Shown one piece after another: positions 25,529 to 39,655 of a stretch of DNA of 64,000 bases. The notes beneath the pieces are model-generated. The model saw nothing but the letters and a program-made list of their open reading frames with translations. It was not told the origin of the DNA and made no database searches. This stretch comes from Octopus sinensis. Lineage: Eukaryota. Where the stretch lies: the NCBI RefSeq assembly GCF_006345805.1, contig NC_043013.1:47554001-47618000 (forward strand), written 5' to 3'. The translations under genes were made by a program, and so were the position numbers. Each line of letters begins with the position of its first letter. Position 1 is the stretch's first letter.

Positions 25529-25861
25529 AAGTCGACCTCGGCGGAATTTGAACTCACAACGTAACTTCAAATTCCGCCGAGGTCGACTTTGCCTTTCATC
25601 CTTTTGGGGTCGGTAAATTAAGTGCTTAACTGGTACTTAATTTACCGACCCCGAAAGGATGGAAGGCAAAGTCGACCTCGGCGGAATTTGAAGTTACGTT
25701 GTGAGTTCAAATTCCGCCGAGGTCGACTTTGCCTTTCATCCTTTCGGGGTCGGTAAATTAAGTACCAGTTAAGCACTGGGGTCGATATAATCGACTTAAT
25801 ACCTATGTCTGTCCATGTTTGTCCCCTCTATGTTCAGCCCCTTGTGGGTAATAAAGAAATA
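25529..25861 (+). mobile_element. SINE A insertion with nested double fold-back 5' end
   Basis: Alternating -/+/-/+ segments of one SINE copy; ggtataaaa at 25522-25530 and 25862-25870 is a probable TSD. Confidence 0.9.
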
Positions 25862-27655
25862 GGTATAAAATTACTCATTGACACGCTTCTGGATTATAGT
25901 CAAGCTGTATCCTCTCTCTCTCCTTCTCTCGCTTTCTCTCTCTCCTACCACTCCTCTAATCATCTCTATTCTTTAGCTCTAGCTGGTCTAGCTTCACCTC
26001 CACTCAGACACTCTCAACCTATTCATCACTTTCTCTCTCCACCCACACATATCCCCACTCTAAGCACTACGCAGAGCCCTTCGTTCACAGAATCTCGTAA
26101 TCTACTCATATCTTTCCCGAAGATCTCTTCATTTTTCATACTTTTCTCTTAATAACCCTATAATGATTGTAGATTAAAACATTTCTAACACTTTCTCATG
26201 TACCGTTGATATGCTGACATTGTATCGTGGTTCAGCTTTCGGACTTGAGTGTTATAATTTTATGCTATTGTCAACACTCTATATACACTGGCTACGGAAT
26301 TATAAATTTTCGTTTGTAGATACGCTTATTTCGTTGACAATCTCATATCCACAACTTGACTCAATTCAAATGTCGACAAGATATGTTATAAAATTTTTAA
26401 ATATTCATTATCGTCTTTTGTTTCAAAGTAAACCAAGAAAATATAAACAACAAAGCAGAGCCACATGTACTCTTCAGGTAGGCAGCCAACACAAAATATA
26501 GCTGTTCATTTCTGAATTAAGCAGTATTTATAGTTTTGTTTATATTAATTTTTACACTTTCTTCGAGTTAATTCCTCGACTAATAAGTGAATAATTTTTA
26601 TTATTTATCATTACTGAAGTGTAATGTCAATAAATAAGCTTTGCTGGATTTCCGGTTTCAATGATTTTACTTCATTTGCGTTCCAAATGCCGTGCGATGT
26701 GCATGAACAACCTCAGGCATTATTGTCATATAAGAAGTGATATCTTTAAAGTCTTGTTATCTTATTGAACAACATTGAAATATAACCTGCTAATCTAAAA
26801 TTTTCAGAGAAGTTTTTAAACATTCACGTTCCTACATTCTATACGGCTTTCCGATTAGTATATTTTCGAATCGCTCTTGATTCGCCTCGTTTTCCTGTTC
26901 TCTATTGTCCATCACTCCTTGATTTCCTGGCTTCTAAATACTTTCTATTTTGCGTTTAAATTTAAATGCTATATTACTAATGCACGTAGTCAATGCTAGA
27001 CACAATCCGTTGACAGGCTTAATGCCATCACCTAATCCTTTAGTAGAATCTTTGAGTATCTGGTCTGTAGATAATTTCCTTCTTTTTACCAATCTGTTAT
27101 GTTGATCATGGAAAGGTTGAATCGCCTTTCATGATCAGGCTATCAGAAAATACTTTAACCATCCAGAAAGCAGGGAAAATAATTGACAGACGTTCTAAAA
27201 GGGGTAAGTTCAGAATAATTACAACTATCTTGAAATAATTATTTCATTTTTATAATTATGACATAATAAATACTCTAAATATATCGAAGAGAATCTTCTG
27301 GATTCTCTATAGCGACGAACCAAATTCTTTTGGAATTTTTCAAAACCTACCACAATAAATGGGATGTTAGATGAGCTTTGGAACAAAGGGATTAATAATA
27401 TTGATGTTTGTGTAAGAAACTGAGAGAAACTCAGAAATCACATAAAAATAAATTTGTATTAATTGGTTTTCTAGAAACTCACAACAATAAACAATAAGCA
27501 ATAAACAGTTATCTATAGTCACATATATACGATCAGAAAGCAGAATACGTCTATATTTCGGATGGTGAAACATGAATGTGTACTGAGCAAAACTTAAGTG
27601 GAAATGATGTGTTAAAACAAAAGACAAAGCGAGATATGAGGTCATCAATTTCGTA

Positions 27656-27697
<42 letters not shown>

Positions 27698-28777
27698 ATG
27701 TATGTAATGTATTATGTGCGTGTGTTGCAATAGGCGGATAACCTGGTAGTGTCTATTCGTTTCTTTTATGTATATATATATATATATATATATAGACACT
27801 TATTAATCCGAGGGGAGGCAATGTGAGCAGCAACTAAAAGAACATTACAGAATCCACAGAAAGATCAAACACATACATATATTCATATATTCATTTATAT
27901 CTACAGAACAGATATAAATCCGACGTTTAAAAATATAGTAATATATAAATATATAAGAATCAATGTTGCATATACAACACATTGTAACATCTGTTATATA
28001 TACTATTCCAGTCTGTTATATATTTTGAGTGTTGTGTTACCAGCGATCTCAAGATATAACTTTGTATTTTGTAATATATATACATACATGCATATACATA
28101 CAGATATAAGGAGAGAGAGGGGGGAAGGAAAAAGAGAGATGGAAAGGAGAAAGAGGAGGGGAGGAGGAGAAGGAGGCACAAGAAGGGAGAAGGAAGGAGG
28201 TGGAAGAAAATGCAGTAACGATACTTTTAGTTATGTCATGGCTGCATATACCTCACAATGTGTCTCGTTTTCCCCTTGACTGGTTGTCTCGTATTAACTC
28301 ATTACTGTATCTCATTTGTTCAGAACGAAAATTACTTTCCAAACTTGGTAATATTTTACAGATGTTACAATAAATGAAGCATTCAATTTGTATTTAGTTT
28401 ACTGAATGTAGGTCAACAGTCTCGAGATTTAAATTACAGGTAACATTGTCAGGTGTAACGCTTTTACTTTTCTTTCATTATAAATGTTTGCATTTCACTA
28501 CCTGCTCCTGTTTTAAGGAGAACAATTATTAGTATTTCATTCTATCTGATAGTAAAGTCTTTTAATAAGGCTAAGATTTGGAAGATCACAAAAGTATATA
28601 ATCGAGCTTGGTCTCGTTTTACAAAATGATGCATCTCATAAACAATATTAAGAAAGCAGAACAATATTTGCTCGTAATACATAAAGCAAAAACTTTGTGA
28701 ATGAATTTGGTAGAGGGGAAACTGAAAATATATATAAATGTGTGTGTGTGTGTGAGCGTAAATATATATCGATGTAT

Positions 28778-28958
28778 ATGATAGATCGTTTGCCACTACA
28801 CACATTTTTATCTCTCCTTTATTTTTCTGTGTCCCTTTCTGTAGAAGAGCGTAGACTCGAAACGTAAAACACTTTTTTCTATTCCTGAGCGTTATACTAA
28901 TACATATGTTTGTTTGGTACACCACCTGTCTTCGTCTTTTTTTTTCGTAAACTCTCCC

Positions 28959-28960
<2 letters not shown>
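28778..28960 (+). mobile_element. ~185-bp dispersed repeat with variant hammerhead-like motif, copy 1
   Basis: cttt CTGTAGA a gagc-gtag-actc GAAA CG TA aaac (28835-28870); homologous to 55115-55299 and 57309-57493; 3' end runs into (TATG)n. Confidence 0.85.
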
Positions 28961-28990
<30 letters not shown>

Positions 28991-29524
28991 TGTGTATGAA
29001 TGTATGTATGTATGTATGTATATATGTATGCATGTATGTATGTATGTATGTATGTATGTATGCATGTATGTATGTATGTATGTGTGTATGTATGTATGTA
29101 TGTATGTATGTATGTATGTGTGTATGTATGTATGTGTGTATGTATGTATGTATGTATGTATGTATGTGTATGAATGTATGTATGTATGTATGTATATATT
29201 TATGTATGTATGTATGTATGTATGTATGTATGTATGTATGTATGTATGTATGCATGTATATATTTATGTATGTATATATTTATGTATGTATGTATGTATG
29301 TATGTATGAATGTATGTATGTATGTATGTATATATTTATGTATGTATGTATGTATGTATGCATGTATGTATGTATGTATTTACGTCTGTATGTATGTATG
29401 TATGTATGTATGTATGTATGTATGTATGTATGTATGTATGTATGTATGTATGCATGTATGTATGTATGTATTTACGTCTGTATGTATGTATGTATGTATG
29501 TATGCATGTATGTATGTATGTATG
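28961..29524. repeat. (TATG)n microsatellite with internal higher-order duplications
   Basis: Directly visible; the variant block atttacgtctgtatg occurs twice. Confidence 0.97.
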
Positions 29525-29574
29525 TTGGTGTGTGAATTTGTGTTTGTGTTGGGCTTGTCCCCATCATTGCTTGA

Positions 29575-29835
29575 GGGCCCGTCGTATATATGTATATTTA
29601 TATGTGTGTGTGTCTGCGTTTGTCCCCCTAGCATTGCTTGACAACCGATGCTGGTGTGTTTATGTCCCCGTCACTTAGCAGTTCGGCAAAAGAGACCGAT
29701 ATAATAAGTACTGGGCTTACCAAAAGAATAAGTCCCGGGGGGTCGAGTTGCTCGATTAAATGCGGTGCTCCAGCATGGCCGCGGTCAAATGACTGAAACA
29801 AGTAAAAGAGTAAAAGAGTAAGAGAGTAAAAGAGT
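29575..29835 (+). mobile_element. SINE family B, 3' half
   Basis: gcccgtcg..ttgacaaccgatgctgg..aaacaagtaaaagag. Confidence 0.88.
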
Positions 29836-30399
29836 ATATATGTATATTATTACGTAAAATGTATGCAAATTCACACCGCTGGCAAAATCATTACATTTGC
29901 TGAGATTTGGGGCCATTCTCAATAAACTAACAGAGAAATGAAAAGACTTTTTTTTACTCTAGAAGGAAAGAACATTACTAATACTACGACACTAAAATGT
30001 ATGCATCAAACCCTAATTTTATGAAAAATTCGTACTTCGAGAACAACATGAGTGTTGATTAAGTGTTAAGTTATGTATTTTACCTGGTGGGCCTCAGACC
30101 AATCCTTTAACCAATGACTATTTATATACACTGGTTTAAGTGCATCGAGCAAATATAACCACAAGTAAGACAAATATTAAGAATAGAATATTTTTGGTAT
30201 GAACAACAGAATAACAACACTTATCAACGTGGATTTAGTAAAAAAAAATTCGGGTCAATATTATAAGAATGTCAATGAATACAAAAGGCACTAGAAAAAA
30301 ACTCGAAAAGATATGATTGTGACAAGCAAAATGAGGACACTAGTCCGAACATTGTTACACTCAAACACGGTTGTTGTGCATAAATATTTACAGTATATT

Positions 30400-30570
30400 G
30401 GCGCAGGAGTGGTTGTGTGGTAAGTAGCTTGCTTACAAATCACATGGTACCGGTTCAGTCCCACTGCGTGGCACCTTCGGCTAGTGTCTTCTACTATATA
30501 GCCTCGGGCCGACCAAAGCCTTGCGAGTGGATTTGGTAGACGGAAACTGAAAGAAGCCGTCGTATATATG

Positions 30571-30637
<67 letters not shown>

Positions 30638-30857
30638 GTTTGTGTGTCTGTGTTCTTCCCCCCCAACATCGCTTGACAACCGATGCTGGTGTGTTTACGT
30701 CCCCGTAACTTAGCGGTTCGGCAAAAGAGACCCGATAGAATAAGTACTAGGCTTACAAAGAATAAGTCCTGGGGGGTCGATTTGCTCGACTAAAGGCGGT
30801 GCTCCAGCATGGCCGCAGTCAAATGACTGAAACAAGTAAAAGAGTAAAGAGAAAGAG
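30400..30857 (+). mobile_element. SINE family B, full length with 8-bp TSD
   Basis: Complete head, CORE-like block, internal (TA)(TG), tail; agtatatt at 30392-30399 and 30858-30865. Confidence 0.93.
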
Positions 30858-31292
30858 AGTATATTTACTCACGCCGTGGACTAATGCTAATATGCAAAAC
30901 AGTCTATTTCAGCTAGGTTCTAGCTTAATTATGTTTTAAATAGCGATTGCTATCGAGATTTTCATTGTTGGCGCAAGTGGGAAGTGTGGTCATTCTTCGA
31001 AGCTTCATCATTTCACCTTGAAACATATCAGAAGAATCTGAGTATTTGTAATGTGTGGTTAAGAGAAGAACATGATGCATCTATATTTCTTTACTTTCTA
31101 CCGCGTAAGCACAATAAGCTGCATATTAACTGGGTCAAATATATTTCCTATTTTTAATACGCGCTGTTTGAGCCTCAAAATCTTCCGTATGTATATACCA
31201 CAATGATGCAAGCTTGCTTAATATTCACAAACAAGTTTGTATGACTTAAAAGGTCGTATGTCTAATAATAACATTAGTTACCCTTTGACCCC

Positions 31293-31467
31293 TTTTACTT
31301 GCTTCAGTCATTTGACTGAAGGCTGGAACACCGCCTTTAGTCGAGCAAATCGACCCTAGGACTTATTCTTTGTAAGTCTAGTACTTATTCTATCGGTCTC
31401 TTTTGCCGAACCGCTAAGTTACAGGGACGTAGCACGCCAGCATCGGTTGTCAAGCGATACACAAACG

Positions 31468-31503
<36 letters not shown>

Positions 31504-31537
31504 ACACACACACACACATACACACACATATATATAT

Positions 31538-31571
<34 letters not shown>

Positions 31572-31734
31572 CGATGGGCTCCTTTCAGTTTCCGTCTACC
31601 AAATCCATTAACAAGGCTTTGGTCGGCCCGAGGCTATGGTAGAAGATGCTTGCCCAAGGTGCCACGCAGTGGGACTGAACCCAGAACCATGTGGTTGGTA
31701 AGCAAGCTACTTACCACACAGCCACTCCGACGCC
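31293..31734 (-). mobile_element. SINE family B, near full length
   Basis: Reverse complement of the family B pattern. Confidence 0.92.
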
Positions 31735-33739
31735 TATAAAGTCATAGAGTTTTATCTAATTGATTATATTCAATCCTTCGTTATTGCTTTTGATTATCGG
31801 GGTAAAAAAATAAAAATACCAGTTATAGATTTGGGTCGGCTAATCGAATGTACAAATGTTGGCATACTCTCCAGTCTTAATCATGAATGTTATACAAAAA
31901 TTAAAATTAATATTTTGCAAATATTTTTATCCAGATTCCATGAAGTAACAAAATAATGTTTTGGCTCTATGGAAAACGTAAGAGGAAGAGTCGGGTAAGA
32001 TTTTATAAAGGAAAATAAAGTAATTTGAACTCTACAGTGAAGTGATTATAGGGAAATATGTATTATTACGCCATTTTGGTCTATTATTTGAAAAAGATAC
32101 AATATTGACATAAATGTGAATGCATTTATCCTTGTATGGCATTTTAACCAGAAATTAGACACTGTTCGTTGCTTGCTCGTAACAGTAAAAAACAAATATG
32201 CAAGAAGAAAAATAAGATTATCGAAAATTTATTAAATTTTTCTTTTGAAAATAAAATGTTTAAATTTTCAAAAAGCAAAAATTCGGAAGCAACTAACATT
32301 CAAACAAAAAAAAAAAATAAATATAACTATAGTTGGAAGTATAATTTTTAAAAAGAAGTTAAATAAATTTTCAAACAATGATATTATAGATCTACTCAGC
32401 TATGTAACGAAGAAGAAGTTGGCAAGCCGACGTATAAAAGCTACGCTGGAACCACAAAGGAGAAAAGGAAACCAAAAACAGATACAAAATTCTTTTGTGC
32501 TTTCTTTTCCTTACTTCCTAGTAAGTGAGCAACTAAATTACTGGGTGAGGGGGATTAGTCCGTTCCTTAGTAGCTAGTTTTTCTTTGTTCCTTTATCTTC
32601 AGCAGCATCAGGTTATGTGGCTGTCTCACAAAAGTTCGCTTTGTGAAAGGATTAAATTTTTAGGAAGAAAAAAAATAATAAAATCTCCAAAGGAAAATAA
32701 CAATATTTAGTAAAAAAAAAAAAAAAAAAAAAGCAATAACAAAATTGGTGATCTGATTTTTTTCTTGATTTTTAACATTGAAGACGTAGGAAGTGAAAGA
32801 AAGAACGAAATATTGTTTCAAGTATCTTTTAGGAGATAAAAATGACGTCAGAGGTTAAAGAAAACTCTACCGAATCTTGCATACAATATTCTGATTATCT
32901 GGACAATAAAACCGTGATTTCACGCATGGTGAGAAATAAGTATGTTGCTTTAAGAAATGGAACTAAGTAAGTAAACATTTAAGAATTTACACGAAGAAAT
33001 GATGTTATTGAACCTAGTTTAAACATTGAATTATAGATAATAGAATATCAGTTCTACTGTTGTGATACTATTGATCACCTGCAAACATCAACATAGCACT
33101 GATAGGAACCGGTAGATATTAGTGGATCTAAGAGAATGCCATTGCTACTGGTAGTTAGATCTAAGAACCTTCTAAAGAACATTTTATATCCATTATTTTG
33201 AATGCGGTGATGCAAATTCGAGTAAGAAAGAGAAGAAGCTGAAGAATACACGAATAATTTTAGGGAATTAAATACAGAAAGAAAAAAGAAGAAAGAAGTA
33301 AGAGCGAAAGTGTAAGCTAAATGTTGCGTATATGATTAATGGTTAATATTAATGGTTATTAATCATCTTCGTATTTGATTAATTAAGTGATGTTAATTAA
33401 TGAAAGATAGTTATAAAATATAAATACGAGATTAAACGAGGTGGGGTTCAAAAATGAACGGAGATATATATCTATAGATATACTATAAGGTGCATGTGTG
33501 TGTGTGTGTGTGCGTGTGTGTGTGTGTATGTGTGCGTGCGTGTGTGTGTGTGTGTCTGTGTGTGTGTGTATGTGTGTGTGTGTGTTCCCTGGGCATGGAT
33601 CGGTGTTTCGGTTTCAGGATATGAGTATCTAAAAAAAGTACTTTGAACAGAATGAAATATGGAAACCATTTCGAGGGACATACAGACAAAGAAATGCACA
33701 TTCTAGCACACTCGAGTGGAAATATGCATCTTTTTTTTT

Positions 33740-34135
33740 CTTGTTTCCCTTATTAGACTGCGGCCATGCTGGGGCACCGTCTTCAAAAATTTTTTGTTGA
33801 AGATATTAACCCAAGTACGTATATTTTTAAAGCCTGGTACTTATTCTATCGGTTTCCTTTGCCGATCCGCTAAATTACGGTGACATAAACACACTGGCAC
33901 TAGTTGTGAAGCAGTGGTGAGGAGACAAACAAACACACAGACACGCCCACACACGCCCACACACACACATATAGGCAACGGGCTTCTTTCAGTTTCCGTC
34001 TACTAAATCCACTCACAAGGCTTTGGTCGGCCCGGGGCTATAGAAGAAGACACTTGCCCAAGATGCCACGCAGTGGGACTGAACCCGGAACCATGTAGTT
34101 GGGAAGCAAGCTTCTTACTACACAGCCACGCCTGA
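33740..34135 (-). mobile_element. SINE family B (older variant)
   Basis: cacttgcccaagatgccacgcagtgggactgaacccggaaccatg block. Confidence 0.85.
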
Positions 34136-34574
34136 GTCTATAGGATTAAAAAAAAAGATTATTTCTCAGATGATAGACTGTGAAGTATCAAAGCGTTCTC
34201 ATTCCTTTATACGCACAGGCGTTGCCGCAATTTCTTTACTTTTGTAATACTGACTGGCGTTTCCACAATATTTAGAAGCGAGATAATCGACGAAAAATAG
34301 CCGAGAATTCGAAAAAATGTGTATGTGATCTCCATATAAGTAAAAATCTATACACACTTGAACGCCATCCATCAGTATCAATTATTAATAATTCAAAACT
34401 GAATAGCCCAACGGTAATATTAGTGACATGAATAAATATTTCGTATATATAAAGGAAATATTTCTACGCACAAGAATTTCGCATTGAGTCCAATGGTTTC
34501 AAATCCATTGCTATATAAACGTATTTTACACGTGTTATTCAGTTTCAGATATTTGTATAAATTATATATTATAT

Positions 34575-35933
34575 ATTATCGTCCCATGAATTTCCTGCAC
34601 TTTATGTACAATCAATTACACATCATGGAATCCCATATGATGTTTAGAAGGATTGTTAGTATATTGGACCTCTATCAGCCAAAGGAACAAGCTGGCTTCA
34701 GAACAGGATTTTCTGGTATTGATTACATTCAGGTTGTCAGTCAACTACAAGAGAAGGTGAACAATACAATCCTCTCTGCTTTGCTTTGTTGAACATGAGA
34801 AGGCTTTCGACTCTATAGAATTCACATCGCTAGCTGGTAGAAACGTTAGCACGCCGGGAGAAATGCTTATCGGCATTTCGTCTGCCGTTACGTTCTGTGT
34901 TCAAATTGCTCCGAGGTCGACTTTGCCTTTTATCCTTTCGGGGTCGATAAATTAAGTAATCGACTTAATCCATTTGTCTGTCCTTGTTTGTCCCCTCTAT
35001 GTTTTGTCCCTTGTGGGCAATAACGAAATAAGAATTCACATCGCTACTCACAACGCCGAAAACCAAGGAGTGGATCTTTACAGTGGTGTAACATCGACCT
35101 TGAGGCTTCATCAAAATAGTGATAAGATCAATCAAGAGAGAAGAGTAAGGCAAGGCGGGAGCTTATCGTAGTTGTTTACATCGTTCCTGCAAGACGATCT
35201 CAGCAATAAAATTCAATGGAAAAACTATGAACAACTCTGCTTACTGGACTTCGCAGATGATATCATCTTCACAGCGTATACACCTAAGAAAATGGAGGAA
35301 ATGCTCAGCGATGTCCACACTAAAGCCAACCTACCGGCCTCGGCATGAATCTTGGAAAGACCAAGGTCATACTCAATAGGGTCACTGCGCCAGCGCCCGT
35401 CACCATAAACGGCTAGACTATAAAAGAGGGAGACAGCTACGTCTAACGGGGAGAGATGGAAATCTCCTGGAAGTGAAATGAATAATGCTTAGTTGGGCGG
35501 CCTTTGGAAAGGGTGGAAGATCTCATGCGAAATACCAAGAATTCCATGAAAATTAGAATAAAAGTCTTCAACTAGTACACCCTGCCAGTGGTGATTTTCG
35601 GCAGTGAAACATGAGCTTTCAGCACTACCATCTTGAACTCTCTTGTGGTAAGCCCATGGAAAATGAAACTTATCATGCTCGACATCACGTTGCGGGAGAA
35701 GAAAACCAACGACTGGATTCGAGAGCTCACGTGAATCAACGACATCATAAAAACGATCAAGTAGAACAGATATTGATGGGACAGCTATATCATGCGACTG
35801 GAGGACAAAGGAAGGACAAGCAGAGTGACGGACTGGTCACCAAGTCAATGGACAAAATCAAGAGGCTGACCACAGACAAGATGGCGAGATGATCTCACCC
35901 ACAACATACATGGCCATGACTGGCCAGAGAGCG

Positions 35934-35978
<45 letters not shown>

Positions 35979-36020
35979 AGCTGATGGATTTCAGGGAGAG
36001 GTTCCTCCTTCAGAAACAAT
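34575..36020 (+). pseudogene. Decayed 5'-truncated RTE-clade LINE reverse transcriptase
   Basis: YRPMNFL..QPKEQAGFRTGFS..EKAFDSIE, RRVRQGGSLS, DFADDIIF, GMNLGKTKVI, WAAFGK, LPVVIFGSET, TRWRDDL; multiple stops and frameshifts. Confidence 0.93.
34833..35030 (+). mobile_element. SINE A nested in the RTE LINE with perfect 16-bp TSD
   Basis: agaattcacatcgcta at 34817-34832 and 35031-35046. Confidence 0.95.
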
Positions 36021-37407
36021 GACAACCTGGATATTGGATATTACCGCAGAGGCTTGAAGTCTCTGTATTTCATCGAGCCCTTTCTTAGATAATCCAACGA
36101 ATAAATATTCTCAATATATTTAGACGTTATTCATGCCACCGGTTATATTATAGCCCGACTTTTGTATTTAATTGTCAACTAGGAAGGTTAGTTATTTTCA
36201 ATACTGAATCTAATATTTTGTAGTTGAGTTTCTTCAAGATTTCGGCTTGAATTGATAGATTCAGGAGATTTTAGAAAGTGTGGTAGCATTGTCATGTATA
36301 ACAATTAATCATTAACTACCGAAAGCAAAGTGTGTGTACATAAATTTATATACATACTTTCGTTAGACGCATACATTCATGTTTGTGAAACATAGACACA
36401 CACACATGTGCGCGCGCAGTTAACAATTATTGAGTGAAAGCTTTAAGTAGAAAATAAACCAAAGTCCTTTGTGTATTTTGAATCCCCTAATTTTGATGAC
36501 AAAAACTGACTAATGATAACCGTATTTATAAGCAGATTCCCCTATTCATATTTTGAAAACGCAGCTCATGAAAGTCTTTGCATATTTCTACATGAGTTCT
36601 TCGCAGCATGTATGAAATAGCAACATTCTCAAATCTCTCTTTAACATTTCTAGACCTTTCTTTTGTCTCATCCCTTCATTGAAGTGGTGCTGGCGCATGT
36701 TGCTACCGATTATAGTAGTAGCTAGGAGCAACATGATTAATACTGAATTTAAATCTTTAGTCATTAATCACTTCAGGCCATGTGGGTAATATTTTTATTG
36801 ACAATTAGTGTATATTACGTTTGCGTTCATTCAGAATTGAAGTATATCGTGAGATTTACTTCTATCTTTAATCGTTTGTTTTTGTGCAGAATTCTGTACA
36901 GTAAACACCTGTTGTTTACAAGTATTTTCTTAGATCTGTTTTGTGTTGTGTAACACTATGTATTACATTGGCACCTTGACGTAAGTGTAGAGCTCATAAA
37001 TAAAGGCGGTGGAATGAATTTTACAGCTTTTCAATTTTACAATGAAATTTAATTGCGAGCATATGTTGACAATTAGTTGCGCTTCGTATGAACTGTGATA
37101 ACTCTAAGAGTTATTTACGGTCCAAGAAAATTGCGTCAAAATACTTCAGAAATTGATATTAAAATAATCTGGAAGGCATATGTATACAGTTTTGTGATGA
37201 AGATCAATAGAATATTCAAAAAATACCGTTTGCTTCACGGTACATAAATCTGGAAGTTCACAGGTACACGTAGAATGTTTAACAAAATACACATGCATAT
37301 TAGAAAGCAAAATATCTGCTTACGTATACAAATATGCATATATGTAAATATATACTCAGATGCACATTCGAATACATTTACATATAGATAATCAGAAGGT
37401 TAATATA

Positions 37408-37559
37408 GTGTGTGTGTGTGTGTGTATACGCGCGTGCTTATGTGTGTGTGTGCGTGTGTGCGTGTGTGTGTGCGCGTGTGTGTGTGTATGCATATTTATG
37501 AATATATATGTATATTTATGTGTGTGCGTATGTTTGCGGGTGCATGCATGTATGTATGC

Positions 37560-37592
<33 letters not shown>

Positions 37593-37703
37593 TGTATGTA
37601 TGTATGTATATATGTATGCATGTATGTATATATGTATGCATGTATGTATGTATGTATTTATGCATGTATGTATGAATGTATGTATGTATGTATGTATGTA
37701 TGC

Positions 37704-37736
<33 letters not shown>

Positions 37737-37893
37737 TGTATGCATGCATATATGTATATATGTATGCATGTATGTATGTATGTATGTATTCATGTATGTA
37801 TGAATGTATGCATGTATGTATGTATGTATGTATGTATGTATGTATGTATGTATGTATGTATGCATGTATGCATGAATGTATGCATGTATGTAT
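37408..37893. repeat. (TG)n/(TATG)n microsatellite
   Basis: Directly visible. Confidence 0.96.
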
Positions 37894-38269
37894 AAAAGCC
37901 TGCTGAAACACAGATATAGAATACAGGAAAAGTTTAAAAAATATTAAATTACATACCGAGAAGTATATATTTTTAGTTAGCGATTAATGACTCTCCATAT
38001 TGAAACTGAGATGCGAAACATGTCTTAACCAGATGAAATATTAATACAATCATGCAATCATATCATTTCTTTTTAAAAGCAGTATTAGAGGGACGTAATC
38101 CTTTCAATGAAATACATTGAATAACAAATGTATGTGGCCTTTACACTATTCATGATAAACATTAAAAAGCGATATTCAGTGGGTTAACATTTGGTTCTTT
38201 TTCATATACCATTGGAGCACATGGCTTTTGTTGTCTGGTGTTGGAGACATATTTGCTAGTAATTTTATA

Positions 38270-38710
38270 GGCAATTATAATCCGACAAACTTCTCTTTAG
38301 CACCCTCTACAAATTTATGCAGCTGTAAACGTCCCATCTCCTGTCCCTTACAAAATAAATGCTTCACTAGAAATATCGTATACAAATGCATAGTCTCCAC
38401 AGAGGATTCCAAGTTTGTATATATCAGCCTGTGCAGTACCACCTTCGAGGCAATCTCTACTCTAGCTTTAAATCTCAAGCGAAAACTGACAGTACTTCTC
38501 TATCTAAATTCATTCATAACCTAAAACATATTTCAGTTGTGCACAGTATAAAATGATCTGTTGTTATCCATGCCAAACTGTATGACAGTTATAACAACAA
38601 ATGCGACTTCTGCATCTATCATACAACGCAGCGACTGCATTAACGAACGAATTGATCTTATTCTAAAATGCAATCATAAGTTATGCAACACATTCTTAAA
38701 GTACAAATGA
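38270..38710 (+). pseudogene. Penelope-like GIY-YIG endonuclease remnant
   Basis: CSCKRPISCPLQNKCFTRNIVYKCIVST..VYISLCSTTF, then (frameshifted) STSLSKFIHNLK..CDFC..LNERIDLILKCNHK, typical of a PLE C-terminus. Confidence 0.85.
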
Positions 38711-39223
38711 TAGTATCTCACCCCGATAATTCCCCAAATAATACAGTTTCATCCCTCTATATTAATCTCTTTTTGGTGTGTTTTTTATATATTTCCTTTA
38801 CTTTTATATATTTACTTTACTTCGTGGTCCCTTCGTGTTCTCCAATTTGCGAGTGAGAGTGTGAGAGCGTGCGCGCATGTCCGTGTGCGTCATACTTCTT
38901 GACCGTTTTATTTCTAGAAACTTTCGTTTTATTATTTTGTACTTCCGGCTTCACCCTTCATTTTATCTCAGATCTGCGCTGAGTTAAATTGGAATTCCCA
39001 AACGACAATGTTACCTTCATGTCATTAAGGTAGTCTCTTTGAATAACTACTAAATCAACAAAACACATACCTTGAGATGTTACTGATTCACATTTGAATT
39101 TTTTGCGTGATATGAAACGTTGAGAAATGCCAGCAGATGGTTCTTACACCATTTTTGCATATAGCCACATACAGCAAGTTATCCAACATCGGGCCTCGTT
39201 TCGAGTATGCAGTATTGACAAGT

Positions 39224-39254
<31 letters not shown>

Positions 39255-39538
39255 ATACACACACTCATACACACAATATATCGTAATTCATGAGATATAC
39301 TATATTTTCAGTATGTGGCATAAAATTCGATATATTGGCCAAACTGGAAAGATGTCTTATGACATCAAATGTCATACATATATAAGTCTGACTGTATGCG
39401 TGTACAAATATATACATGTACGTATATGTATTTCTATACATATACACATATATATATATATATATTATATATATATTATATATATATATATATATGTTTA
39501 TATACATACACGCACACAAACATATATACATATATATA

Positions 39539-39569
<31 letters not shown>

Positions 39570-39582
39570 GATATATATATAT

Positions 39583-39655
<73 letters not shown>

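Noticed and set aside
36684-36990. Plus-strand exon candidates (WCWRMLLPII.. and one ending gac|gtaagt)
   Set aside because: Weak acceptor, joined frames hit stops, and no recognisable homology
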